A DNA stretch of 64,000 nt from a virus (taxonomy: Duplodnaviria > Caudoviricetes): positions 6,887 through 70,886 of the IMG/VR virus record IMGVR_UViG_3300030106_005551, one strand, 5' to 3'. Positions 7,101 to 17,700 of the stretch are shown one piece after another. The number at the start of each line of letters is the position of its first letter. The first letter of the stretch is position 1. The notes below the pieces were generated by a model that was not told where the DNA came from, searched no databases, and saw only the letters and a list, made by a program, of their open reading frames with translations. Both the position numbers and the translations under genes were made by a program.

Positions 7101-10100
7101 TTAATTTCTGTGACTACCTTTTGTTGCGTTATAATTTCTTAATACTTCTGCTGCTGATAATACATCACTATATACTAACAGTCCATCTATTTCACCATGA
7201 AACGCTCTATCTGAATCTACATCGCTAGGATCTCCAGTGCCAATATACCTCATTGTTACATTGTTACCGTCACCTAGTGTGTTATCGCCTTCTGTAACGC
7301 CTTGACCGTTTATATACATTTCAACAGTGTTATTACTACCACCTGATGTTCCAGTAACAACAATACCTACATGCACCCAATCATCAAGAGCTACGTTGTG
7401 TATATCACCGTTAGCTGCTCTAGCGGCGTCACCATTAGTGTCAGATTCTATAGTTATAGTCGCGTTAGAGTTTGCGTTATTAGTAACCGCCACAAGTTTG
7501 TGAAATACAGTGCCACCACCTAAAATTATACCTGTTGTTGAAATTGCTGAGTGTCTTTTAATCCAAAAAAGATAAGATTTGTTTTCTGTATCTACATACG
7601 TAAGTGGGGTTTCATCAACTACATCTACATATGGCCTATCTGAAATAACATTCACGGTGCCGTCATAAGTTTGGGTTAAATTCAAACTACTAGTATCTCT
7701 AGCTCTATTCATTATAAATCCTTGTCCGTCTCTAGAACTATCTAGACCTTGAGGGATTATCATTGTTTCTTGACATGTTGAACTTGGTGTTCCGTTATTT
7801 GACGCTACTAAATCTTTCCATACAGCCAGCCCATTGTTTCTCCAATATCCTGTTAAATAAGCAACTTTAGAATGAGTTAAAGCATTTAGCGCCTTTCCAT
7901 CATTATAAAGTTCTCTAACATCTGCAAGTGTTAATTGATATGTCCAAGCTGAAATTTCTGTTACAACCCCTATATGTGAGTATGCAGCTGTATCGCTTTC
8001 TGTATCTCCTATGTATAGATCTGAATCAGCAGCTGTATCACAGCTATTACTATTTGATCCTTGTACATAACTGCAAGTTTGTTTTTCTCCATTTATAAAA
8101 AACTCTACATCAGTGCCGTCTATTGCTGTATCATCGCTGTTAGAATTTCTTTTCCAATTCATTACAAAATGTGTGAATTTATCTTCTAATCTTGTCGCTA
8201 GCACCGTAACACCAAATATTTCTCCATTACCTGTGTTGTATCCTATATTTATATTACTACTACTATATGTATAATAAAGTGAAGGATTTAAATTATCAAC
8301 AGCCCAAATCATTCCAGAAGAAAAAGAATCTGTAAAACTAACCCACGCACTCACTGAGTTCCATTGATCATTAGTGGCATTCCATATATTAGTTCCTACA
8401 GTTATAGGTACATTATCTGTTTCTGCCCCGTCTATCTCTTGATCTCTAAAATATAATAGTTCATTATATGATTGTAATGCTGTTTGCGGAATATGTAATT
8501 GTTGATCTGCATCTGTCCAACCTGATGCAACACCAACTTCTTTTACCGTAACATCATCAATAAACCATTTTGTTTGATTAGCATGCTCGTAATATATTAT
8601 TAAATCACCACTCGCGCTAGTAGCTACTAATTCTACTGTTTTCCTTCCAGATGTTGCAACTGTTGCTGTAACTTCAAAAGCACTACTAGTAGCTCCAGCA
8701 TATGCTATTTTAAATACACTACCTATACCAGGGTTACTACTATCCCACCATATATCTGCTTGAATACGATACGTACGCCCCACAACAGGTGTCGTAAGAT
8801 TACTAACCGCTAATGTTGCTCCTTGTGGGTCAGTATCTGCTAATCCTGTAATTTCTAAATATGCTGGAGAACCATCATCACCAAATGTTGGGGCGGATCC
8901 ATTTGGGGAATACTCAACCCAATCACTTGCTGAAGCAAAATCTCTATTTTTAGAATCAGTTATTTGCTCATCCCCAAAAAACACAGTTGTTGCGTTATTT
9001 TTAGCGTTTACTTCATATACCTCCACGTTATCAATTTTACCAACAAATTGAGAGGTATGAGAACTTAAAATATATAAATTTTTGTTTGAAGAAGTACTAG
9101 TAGGCTTGTAATATACCGAATGAGTTCCATTGCCAGATATAGACTCAGTAGTTTCATACCCGCCTGGATTAAATTTAATTTCACCAGAAACATAATCAGA
9201 TATTGTTACTACAAATTTATACGTTTGTCCAACACCTAAATCAGTGTTTGTTAGAAATACGTTATCCTGCCTTAAATGACGAGAACCAGTTAAGGTCCCA
9301 CTTATAGTTGCGTAACCATTAGCAATAATCCAGTTATCAGAATCAGCGCTATTACACCTCCATTGTCCCGTTGCGCTAGAGGCCGTTTGATTTCCTGCTG
9401 CTAAAGATATGTTTTCAAAATCTCCACTTGTAACTAAATTATTTCCAAGTCCAATATTAGATGCATCAAGTATGTTAGTTTGATGGCTACGATTTCCATC
9501 TTGCATTGGATACCATGCTTTAAGATTAGATTGTGTAAGTGATGTGTTACCGCTACTTAATACTAAAGATTCTGGATTTAAATAATCATAAGCTACATCG
9601 CTAGCTGTCCAAGCACCTTGCCATAATTGTAAATCTGCTAAAGCTCCATCCCAAAATCTACTATTGTCATTAAGAGCGCCTATATATCTAAGCGCCATAT
9701 CAGCATAAGAACCTGTATTGTCTATTTCTCCAGTTCCATCTGCAACACCATTTAAATAAAAAGAAACAGTTGTGTCGCCGTCAAAAACCCAAACAGCTCT
9801 ATACCAAGTATTTATGTTTAAAGCTGTATTACTAACTCGCCAAGCTCCAGCACCAATATCACGTATAACCAACTTGTTAACATTAGCACCAGCACCTCTT
9901 AATCCTAAATAGCTAGTAGATCCGCCTCCGCCACCTATCAAATTCATAGAATTACTCTCGGTTGTTATTACATAGGGTTTAACCCAACAAACTATCGTCC
10001 AGGCTCTATTAGCTTGTGTGGTTTCTGCTGAAAAATCTACAAAAGTATTAGTAGCACCTAAATCTAAATAATCCGTAACTCCATCAAATTCTAATGCTCT

Positions 10101-10193
10101 ACCAGAGTAAATTTGACCGTGGTTGTTATTACCAGATGTATCTAACGCTCTTGCTATTTTTGGTGTTTCTATTTGTTGTATTGTGCTTGCCAT
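7101..10193 (-). CDS. Multi-LamG tail fibre/spike protein, 1030 aa
   Basis: At least three LamG-like segments (ALEFDGVTDY, WYRAVWVFDG..FYLNG, FFINGE, MYING..FHGEIDGLLVYSDVLSAAEV) with intervening beta-sandwich regions. Confidence 0.85.
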   Translation of the reverse strand: MASTIQQIETPKIARALDTSGNNNHGQIYSGRALEFDGVTDYLDLGATNTFVDFSAETTQANRAWTIVCWVKPYVITTESNSMNLIGGGGGSTSYLGLRGAGANVNKLVIRDIGAGAWRVSNTALNINTWYRAVWVFDGDTTVSFYLNGVADGTGEIDNTGSYADMALRYIGALNDNSRFWDGALADLQLWQGAWTASDVAYDYLNPESLVLSSGNTSLTQSNLKAWYPMQDGNRSHQTNILDASNIGLGNNLVTSGDFENISLAAGNQTASSATGQWRCNSADSDNWIIANGYATISGTLTGSRHLRQDNVFLTNTDLGVGQTYKFVVTISDYVSGEIKFNPGGYETTESISGNGTHSVYYKPTSTSSNKNLYILSSHTSQFVGKIDNVEVYEVNAKNNATTVFFGDEQITDSKNRDFASASDWVEYSPNGSAPTFGDDGSPAYLEITGLADTDPQGATLAVSNLTTPVVGRTYRIQADIWWDSSNPGIGSVFKIAYAGATSSAFEVTATVATSGRKTVELVATSASGDLIIYYEHANQTKWFIDDVTVKEVGVASGWTDADQQLHIPQTALQSYNELLYFRDQEIDGAETDNVPITVGTNIWNATNDQWNSVSAWVSFTDSFSSGMIWAVDNLNPSLYYTYSSSNINIGYNTGNGEIFGVTVLATRLEDKFTHFVMNWKRNSNSDDTAIDGTDVEFFINGEKQTCSYVQGSNSNSCDTAADSDLYIGDTESDTAAYSHIGVVTEISAWTYQLTLADVRELYNDGKALNALTHSKVAYLTGYWRNNGLAVWKDLVASNNGTPSSTCQETMIIPQGLDSSRDGQGFIMNRARDTSSLNLTQTYDGTVNVISDRPYVDVVDETPLTYVDTENKSYLFWIKRHSAISTTGIILGGGTVFHKLVAVTNNANSNATITIESDTNGDAARAANGDIHNVALDDWVHVGIVVTGTSGGSNNTVEMYINGQGVTEGDNTLGDGNNVTMRYIGTGDPSDVDSDRAFHGEIDGLLVYSDVLSAAEVLRNYNATKGSHRN

Positions 10194-10930
10194 TATGATA
10201 AAGTTCCGTTATTAGATCCGTGACTATCATTTGCATCCTCGCTTAAATTCCACCATGAAACTAAATTTGTTTTTTCGCTTGATGTAAGTTTATCGTAATT
10301 TTTCCACATTATAGACTTTACTTCTGCCCCTGTTAACACTCTATTCCATATGCCTACATTTGTCATATAACCATCCATAAAAGCACTACCACCATCGTTA
10401 CCAAGTCTTAAATCTCCAGTATTACCTATATCCGTTGTAGACGCACCACCATCGGTATTGCCTTTAACTCCATTAGCATAAATTTTAATGCCACTAGAAC
10501 CATCGCTTCTATCACAAGTTACTACGCAGTGTGTCCAAGTGTTATGAGGTATGTCTGCGCTTGGTACGCCACTTCCATCATACCCCCTGTCCATTATAGC
10601 TGTGCCCCCTACTACTGCGTAAAACTGCAAACTATCTGTTCCTTGTGTTCTAAAAAACCAATAATTAATTGAATTTTGTCTATTACTTATAATATATTGA
10701 TTGGTAGATTCATTAAAATACACCCAAACAGATATACTAAAATCATCTGTGCCTAAATTAAAAGAAGTGCTTAAACTTATATAATCATCAGTGCCATCAA
10801 AAAATGCAGCACCAGTACTCACTTGTTGTACTGCCCCACCAGCATAATCATGCCTTAAGACTAAATTGTCAGTAACAATAGATTTTTTTAATCTTTTTTG
10901 ATTAAGTAAGGAGTTTCCTAATGATAACAT
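10193..10930 (-). CDS. LamG tail protein
   Basis: AAFFDGTDDY, WTHCVVT, IYANG, MDGYMTNVGIWNRVLT, LVSWWNL. Confidence 0.85.
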   Translation of the reverse strand: MLSLGNSLLNQKRLKKSIVTDNLVLRHDYAGGAVQQVSTGAAFFDGTDDYISLSTSFNLGTDDFSISVWVYFNESTNQYIISNRQNSINYWFFRTQGTDSLQFYAVVGGTAIMDRGYDGSGVPSADIPHNTWTHCVVTCDRSDGSSGIKIYANGVKGNTDGGASTTDIGNTGDLRLGNDGGSAFMDGYMTNVGIWNRVLTGAEVKSIMWKNYDKLTSSEKTNLVSWWNLSEDANDSHGSNNGTLS

Positions 10931-11289
10931 TACTCTCCTATATAAGCGATAATACTTCCTGAAGCAGCTATATCTATTTCAGTCCAACGACCAAATATAG
11001 TTAGTCCTTCTGGAAATGTATTACTAGCGTCTATTTGATCTCCTCCCGTTCCTGACGTTATTGTTGCTGTAGATTCATTATGAGCTGGAGCGTTTGTTCC
11101 TACAAATTCACAGCTTCTATAGTTTGTATCAGCAACTAGACCGCCTGTAGCGTCAAAGGTTGTATCAGATAAAAAAGTTATTGCTACAAATACTTTATTT
11201 GTTGGCGGAGTTATTGCACCATCAGTATCTGTAAATACAGACCCTAATTGGCCAAAACCTTTTTTTACTAAATCATCTACGTTTGCCAT
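10930..11289 (-). CDS. Small beta-rich structural protein, paralog A
   Basis: Shares FGQxGSV, FxAIxF..DTTF and TFPxGxTIxGxW with the adjacent gene. Confidence 0.7.
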   Translation of the reverse strand: MANVDDLVKKGFGQLGSVFTDTDGAITPPTNKVFVAITFLSDTTFDATGGLVADTNYRSCEFVGTNAPAHNESTATITSGTGGDQIDASNTFPEGLTIFGRWTEIDIAASGSIIAYIGE

Positions 11290-11312
11290 TTTATTTTTAT
11301 TTTAAATTAATA

Positions 11313-11687
11313 TTAATATCCCACTGGAGCTAAATAACATATACACGAACCACCGTTAAGCACTATATAGTCCCATTTACCATATATTGTAACTCCTTTT
11401 GGAAATGTGTGTGACGTTGTAATTGTTTCTTGATCTGAAGTTGTACTTTCATTAGTTACCGCCCCAAATGACCCTCCTATATCTAACTCATCTGACACAT
11501 CTGATATAGACCCTACTAGCCCATCTAAAGTTTGTATATCTGTAAAGGTAGTGTCTTCCATAAATTGTATAGCTATAATAAATCTAGTAGCATTAGCTGC
11601 ATTTAAATCTAATTTAGCCCCGCTTCCGTTTAAATATACAGACCCAAACTGCCCAAAAGATGCTTTAAATAAGTCGTTTACGTTCAT
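11313..11687 (-). CDS. Small beta-rich structural protein, paralog B
   Basis: Same motifs as 10930..11289. Confidence 0.7.
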   Translation of the reverse strand: MNVNDLFKASFGQFGSVYLNGSGAKLDLNAANATRFIIAIQFMEDTTFTDIQTLDGLVGSISDVSDELDIGGSFGAVTNESTTSDQETITTSHTFPKGVTIYGKWDYIVLNGGSCICYLAPVGY

Positions 11688-11701
11688 GTTTTAAATTTTT
11701 A

Positions 11702-11709
11702 CAAATATA
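11702..11709 (-). promoter_or_regulatory. Bacteroidota -7 promoter box TATATTTG
   Basis: Intergenic, 14 nt before the ATG at 11687. Confidence 0.65.
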
Positions 11710-11724
11710 GTGAATTTAAATTAT

Positions 11725-14700
11725 TTAATTATATATCGTATTTAGTATTTGCTTTCTTGTCTCTGCATAAGGAGCCACTTCAGTGAGTAGTGTTTTTTTA
11801 GCAAGAGACGATCCTTTTTCTGCATAAGGACTTGTTCTTTTAACTTTTTCTCCAGATGTAGCTTGCCCAATAGCTTTTACAGCATTTTGTAGTGTACCTG
11901 TAGATGCAGGAACTATAGTATAATTTACAAACCTACGTAAGTCTGTTGTTACAAAAACATCATTAGAAAACTTTTTTAAAGTTCTTATAGTTTTTGTATC
12001 TGGCTCATCATCATCTTCCATCATTGCAATTAAGGATAATAACGTCACTCCTATTCCTAAACCAGCTACATGAGCCCTCATTCCCTTCTTTCTTTCTTCG
12101 CTAGATTTATTATATATATCTATTATATCTTTTTTTGTTAAGTTACCCGCAAAGTAATTTCTAAACAAGTCTGTAATAAATTCTGAGCTTGCCCTATAGC
12201 TACCTATATTAACCTCTCCAAATCTATCTATATCTTCTGCTTTAAATCTATCTCTTATTAAGGTAATAAACCATTTCTTAAACTGTAATAAAGCTCTACC
12301 ATAAGAATACATAGAAAGTAAGCTTGCGTCTAAAGCTGTATAACCCTCTCCATGTAATGTAGATATTTTATGATTAATATACATTACTCTTTCTTCTGTT
12401 ATTGTTTCAGGATTATTAAATTCTTTATCTGTTAGCATTCCTAAAAATGCAGCGCCTTGTATGTACCCTTCTGTTTTGTCCATAAAAATATAAGCCCATT
12501 TTTCTATTTTTCCAAAAGCTCCTTTCTTTTCAGAAAGATGAATAAATTCATCAAAACTATATTCTACTATTCTATTGTCAGATAATATTTTTTGTGATTT
12601 AGTAAAATCTTTCCAATATCTACTTTCTCCTTTTATAAATTGATTACCTCCACGCTTTCTTAATTCTTGATATTTACCAGCCAATACATTTCCTATACCT
12701 ACAGTCATGTTAAAACCAAGAAGTCTAAGTGATGTAAGTTTTACAAAGCCGTCTATAACTTTATCTCCTGTTTTTCCTAAAGCGCTTTCTTGTTCTTTTC
12801 TTTCTAGAAATCCTTCTTTCCACCATTCAGTTAAATATTTAACCGCGTTTTTATTATCTAAATTTTTATTAAATCCTATTATAGCATCTGTAAGTATTGC
12901 AACTTTATCCATTCCTGCAAAACGATCATCTCGTTCTACTATTACTCCGTCTTCCATTTTATATATTCCCTCACCATGCTTAAATATATGTCCTCTAGCA
13001 AACTCTAATAACGTAGTGTTTATATCATAAGATATGTTTTGTGATTTGACACCTTTTCTTATTTCATACTCCTGTATAAGTTCTGCGTCAACATCAGATA
13101 TATTTTTAGAGCCTATCATTCTTTTTAACATTGCACCGTTATTAACTAATGCATCATACTCCATATCAGAAAGCATTATTTTTTTACCATCTTCATGTAT
13201 ACCTTGAGACTTATATCTTTTTGCTTTTTTTCTTAACTTATCTAATTCAAATATTTCTCTTCCTGATTTTAATTTAAGCTTACCTGTTCTACCTTTATAC
13301 ACATCATATTTCCACTCATAAAATGTTTTATAGACACTATCTCCGTTAGAATCTATTCCTCGGACTCTTACCCTATAATAATCATTTGCATCAATAGAAG
13401 CGCTGTAAAGGCCAAATAAACCATTTCTTGACATACTTTCTAGGTTACCCATTTGTACTCCAGGTATTCTAGTTTCTCCATCATCTGATCCTAACAATAT
13501 TTCAGCAATAGCTTTATATCTAATGTAGTATTCTTCTTCTTGCTTTGTTAACTCTACTCCATTTTCTTCTATTTCCTCTGGAGTAAACAGCCTAACATTA
13601 CCATTTTCTACAGTAGCTATATTTCCGTATATATATTGATAACGAGCATTAGTATCAAACCCTTGTCTTATTCTTTCTAGTATGCTTATGCCTTTCATTT
13701 TTGATTTAACTAAAGCTCTATTCTTTTCTTCTATTAAGTTTTTGTGCTCTTTAAAGCTTTTCATATACTTTCTGTACTCTTTTTGAGCTTCATTAATTAA
13801 ATATTGTATTTCAGGCCTTTTAGATGTCATGTTATTAGATCCCAACCAGGTTTGAAATCCAGTTAAATCATCTTGAGCTACACCATCTACTCCAGGAGTT
13901 TTATATTCGTAGTTTTGTTTTTTTCCTTCGGTTCTTAAAAATTTAGCCTGCTCTTGAAACGCTCTTTGCCCTATTTCTTTTTCTATTGTATAAGCTATAC
14001 CTTTAGTAGCAGAGTTATCCATCTTTCTAAACTTTCTAGCTCTGTCATATAGACCTTCCATAGTATATTTACTTAAGGGCTTTTTTTCTAATGTTGCTTC
14101 AAACTCTCTAACTAATTTTAAATGACTTCTGTATTTGTTGTATTTTTCAACGAGCATTTTATAAGTTTTAGAGTCTCTTTCTATTTTACTTATATCAATA
14201 CCTTTGTCTGCATTCCATTCTGTAAAAGATAGAAGCTCTACTCCTTCTCCTAAATAATCGCTATTATAAGATGTGTCTGCTGTAATAACTTTTTTTGCCT
14301 TTCTAACAGGGGCTTCAAAACTATTATTATCTTTAGACGCCTTATCTATTTTTTTATCAAGAGTGTATTTATCTCTACCAGCCTTACGATTTTCAACATC
14401 TTTTATAGCATCATTTAATTCTGTAGAAACAGAGCCTGTTAAATAGTCAGCTTTTTTAGTTTGACTTTCTTCTATAATTCTAGACATTTCATCATTAATT
14501 CTTCCTAGGTATTCATTGTCAAAGAAAGGCGTAAATGATGTTGCTTTACCAGCGCCACCAGCTAAACCAAAACGATTAAACTCAGCTTCTATTTCAAAAA
14601 TTAAATTTTTATCTAAATCAGAAAGTTCGGCAAATGATTCTTTAATTTGTTCTATAGCTTTGTAAGAAGTAAACTCTGTTATTTCTGCTCTATTTAATAC

Positions 14701-17700
14701 AATATAATTCCCTTTGTCAGAAACTTGAATAACATTATCTAAAAAGTAATTCCCTTTTCTACGCTCTTGTAATTCTTTAAATTCCTTAATTAATACATCT
14801 TGATTTTTTCTTTCACCAAGCATACTAAACTCGCCTCTTAAATTATTTGTAATAACCTGATTAATAACTTCAGATTTTATTTCTCCTAACTTATTTAATT
14901 TACCTAAAACCATAGGAGTTGTTAATATATTTTGCATATAAGGAGTGTATCTTATATCTGTTCTAGATGCTCTTTCTAATATAGAATCAAATAAACCAGT
15001 AGCATGTTCTATAATGTTGTTAGTTTTAGTTTTTTCTGTAAAAGAATAATCTAATCCCATCTTGCCTAATAATGGGATTCTAACAAGCCCTTGAGCCTGA
15101 GCAATACCCTCTCTAATTTGTTTTAATTCTAAAGGGTTTTTTTCAATACTTTGGTGAACGGTAAATGCCTTAGATAAAGGATCTACAGCGGCTTGTTTAA
15201 ATTTATCTAAAGTGTAAAGCATTAATATAGCTTGCTTTTGTGTAGCTTTAGTATTTTTTAAACTTTTTAAATTTATATTAATAACAGGATTTTTAACAAA
15301 GTCTTTTATATTTATATTACCTAAGCCATTATCTTTAGCAAATTTTAATAATTGATTTTCGCTTATACTATCTTTTTGTATAAACATATCCATTATGTCG
15401 CTATCTTTAGATATATAGTCTTTACTACTATTTCTTTTAGACTCCATATATTTTTTAACTATAGGAGAATTAAATAAAACAGCTAAATCGTTTAGTGAAT
15501 AGCCAAGTCTTCTAAGCAGTACAAATGGAAATACACTTTGCATATCTAATCCTAGCTTGCTAGCATATTGGTGTTTAGCATTATCTAACGCTATATTAAG
15601 TATTTGGGCTACCCCATACCAATTACCCACTCCATTCTCTAAAGCAATATCGTCAAAAAATGTTTCTCTTGTTACAGCTTCGCTTTCTCCTTTAATAGTA
15701 ATAGCAAAAGGCAACTCATCTCTGCTATTTGAAAACACATTAAATGATCTTTGTAACGATGCTATCATTCCGACTAAATTTTTTGCTGGAACATTGTCCT
15801 CAAACATTTGCGCGTCACCCCATGGAGCTAATTGAGAGTCGGTTTCTTTTAAAGCTGGAACTTTAGCAATAGCGTTTTCAGCATCAGAAATAAAATCAAT
15901 ATCAGCCTGTATTTCTTTTTGTATTTCATCTTTACTTGCTAGCTCTACATATAAATCAAAAAACTCATTAGAATCTGCTCTCCATTCTTTTTTAGCAACT
16001 TCTTCTGGTGTCCATTTAAAGTTCATATGAATTGAATCTCCATCTAAATCAGCCCCCCAGTATTTACTCACCCACGCGGGTATAGTTACGTTAGACGTAG
16101 GAGAATCTCCAATTTGTTTATGAAAATCTTTTACTACAAATATAGAGCTGCTTACTTTACCGTGAGCGGGAACTCTTGTCCCAATAAATAAATCTCCTTT
16201 TTTAACTCCTTGTTTTTGTAAATATCCAGGAACTATTGCTTCAGATGCAACTACGTTTTCATCTCCTGCGTATAATCCTTTTTCATAAGATTTTAATCCC
16301 ATACCTAAGCTAGAAGATTGATAACCTATAGACCCCTTAGTATACATCTTAGTTCCTTTATGTGTAATTCGTCCTGTCGCTATAGAATTATGTACAGCAT
16401 TTAAATAAGGGTATCTAGGGTCAAGATTGTCATACGTGTTATCTACAAGAACGTCAAATACTTCAGCAGTAACAGATGATTTAAATGAATCCCTTTCTTT
16501 TAATACGGTTTCTTCACTGGCCTTATCATTCATTATAAGACTAGCATTTCTACTAGAGTTATTAGCCTCCATTACATTTTGCCTAAGCTCTAGCATTCTG
16601 TTTATAGTAGCCTGATTTTCTGGCGTTATATTGCTTAAAAGATTATAGAATAACTGAGAAGGAAAAAACCTTTCATCTGTCTGTTTATCTAGTTCTAATT
16701 GTATGCCTAAACCTTCTCCCGACAATCCTTGATACTTACTATCACCTCCATAGATTTCGTCTTGTTTAGTTAGTATGTCAGACATATTATAGTCTTCGCC
16801 TATATCATGTATAAAGTTATCTCCTCCCGAGTAAAGTTTAGCGGCTGATTCAGATGCGGCTATGATTAAACCACCCTTAGATGTTAAATCAATTTCTGCT
16901 TTTCTTGCCCTAAGAATATCTCCTATATTTTTAAAATAAAGGCTTTGTACTTCTAGCTCTGGAGTTAATGTATGTACAGCAAATTTCATATATGTAGTTC
17001 TGCCTTTTTGTGGCCCTTCTAATTGAGTATAATGATATACAAACTTAAATACATTACCTACCTTTTGAGCCTCACCATATTTAGCTCTAATAAATTCTGC
17101 TTGTTCAGGCAATACATATCCCATTGCATCATTCTCAATAGCAGTATCAACATTGTCTTCTGTTCCTATATTACCCTCTTTATCTACATAGTAATCTTTA
17201 GTGACAACAAATTCTACAGAGGTGTTTCTGTCAAAGACTACGTGACTAGCGATAGCTCCAGCGGCACGTTTAATATAATCTACCTGATCTTTAGATTGCC
17301 TATGGTCGTGTATAAATAACTGTTGAGCCATAAACTTGTTGGCTATATATGAAGTTAAAAAAGATTCAATAGCCCCATCTTGTAATACTCCCTTTTTTAT
17401 AGCCTCATTATTTTTAAACAACTCTTTGTTAGTATTTGCATACTCACGCCACTGTTTAATCAGCCTAGGCATTTCTTTTATCTTATTATTTTCAATAGTA
17501 TAAGGAAATACACGATCGCCATTTTTATATTTAGCATTATAAGCAGGATTATTTTTAACTCTAGATAGCAATGCTTTTCTACTTTTAGTATCGTGAGCGG
17601 CTATACTTTCTATATAATATCTCCTGCTTTTATCAGAAAATACTGCAATAGGTTGATCATATTTAATTGTTTCTTGTTTATTCTTAACTCCTTGATTGTA

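Noticed and set aside
5341-10930. Diversity-generating retroelement targeting the tail lectins
   Set aside because: No reverse transcriptase and no adenine-variant template/variable repeat pair noticed; the LamG similarity is at protein level only.
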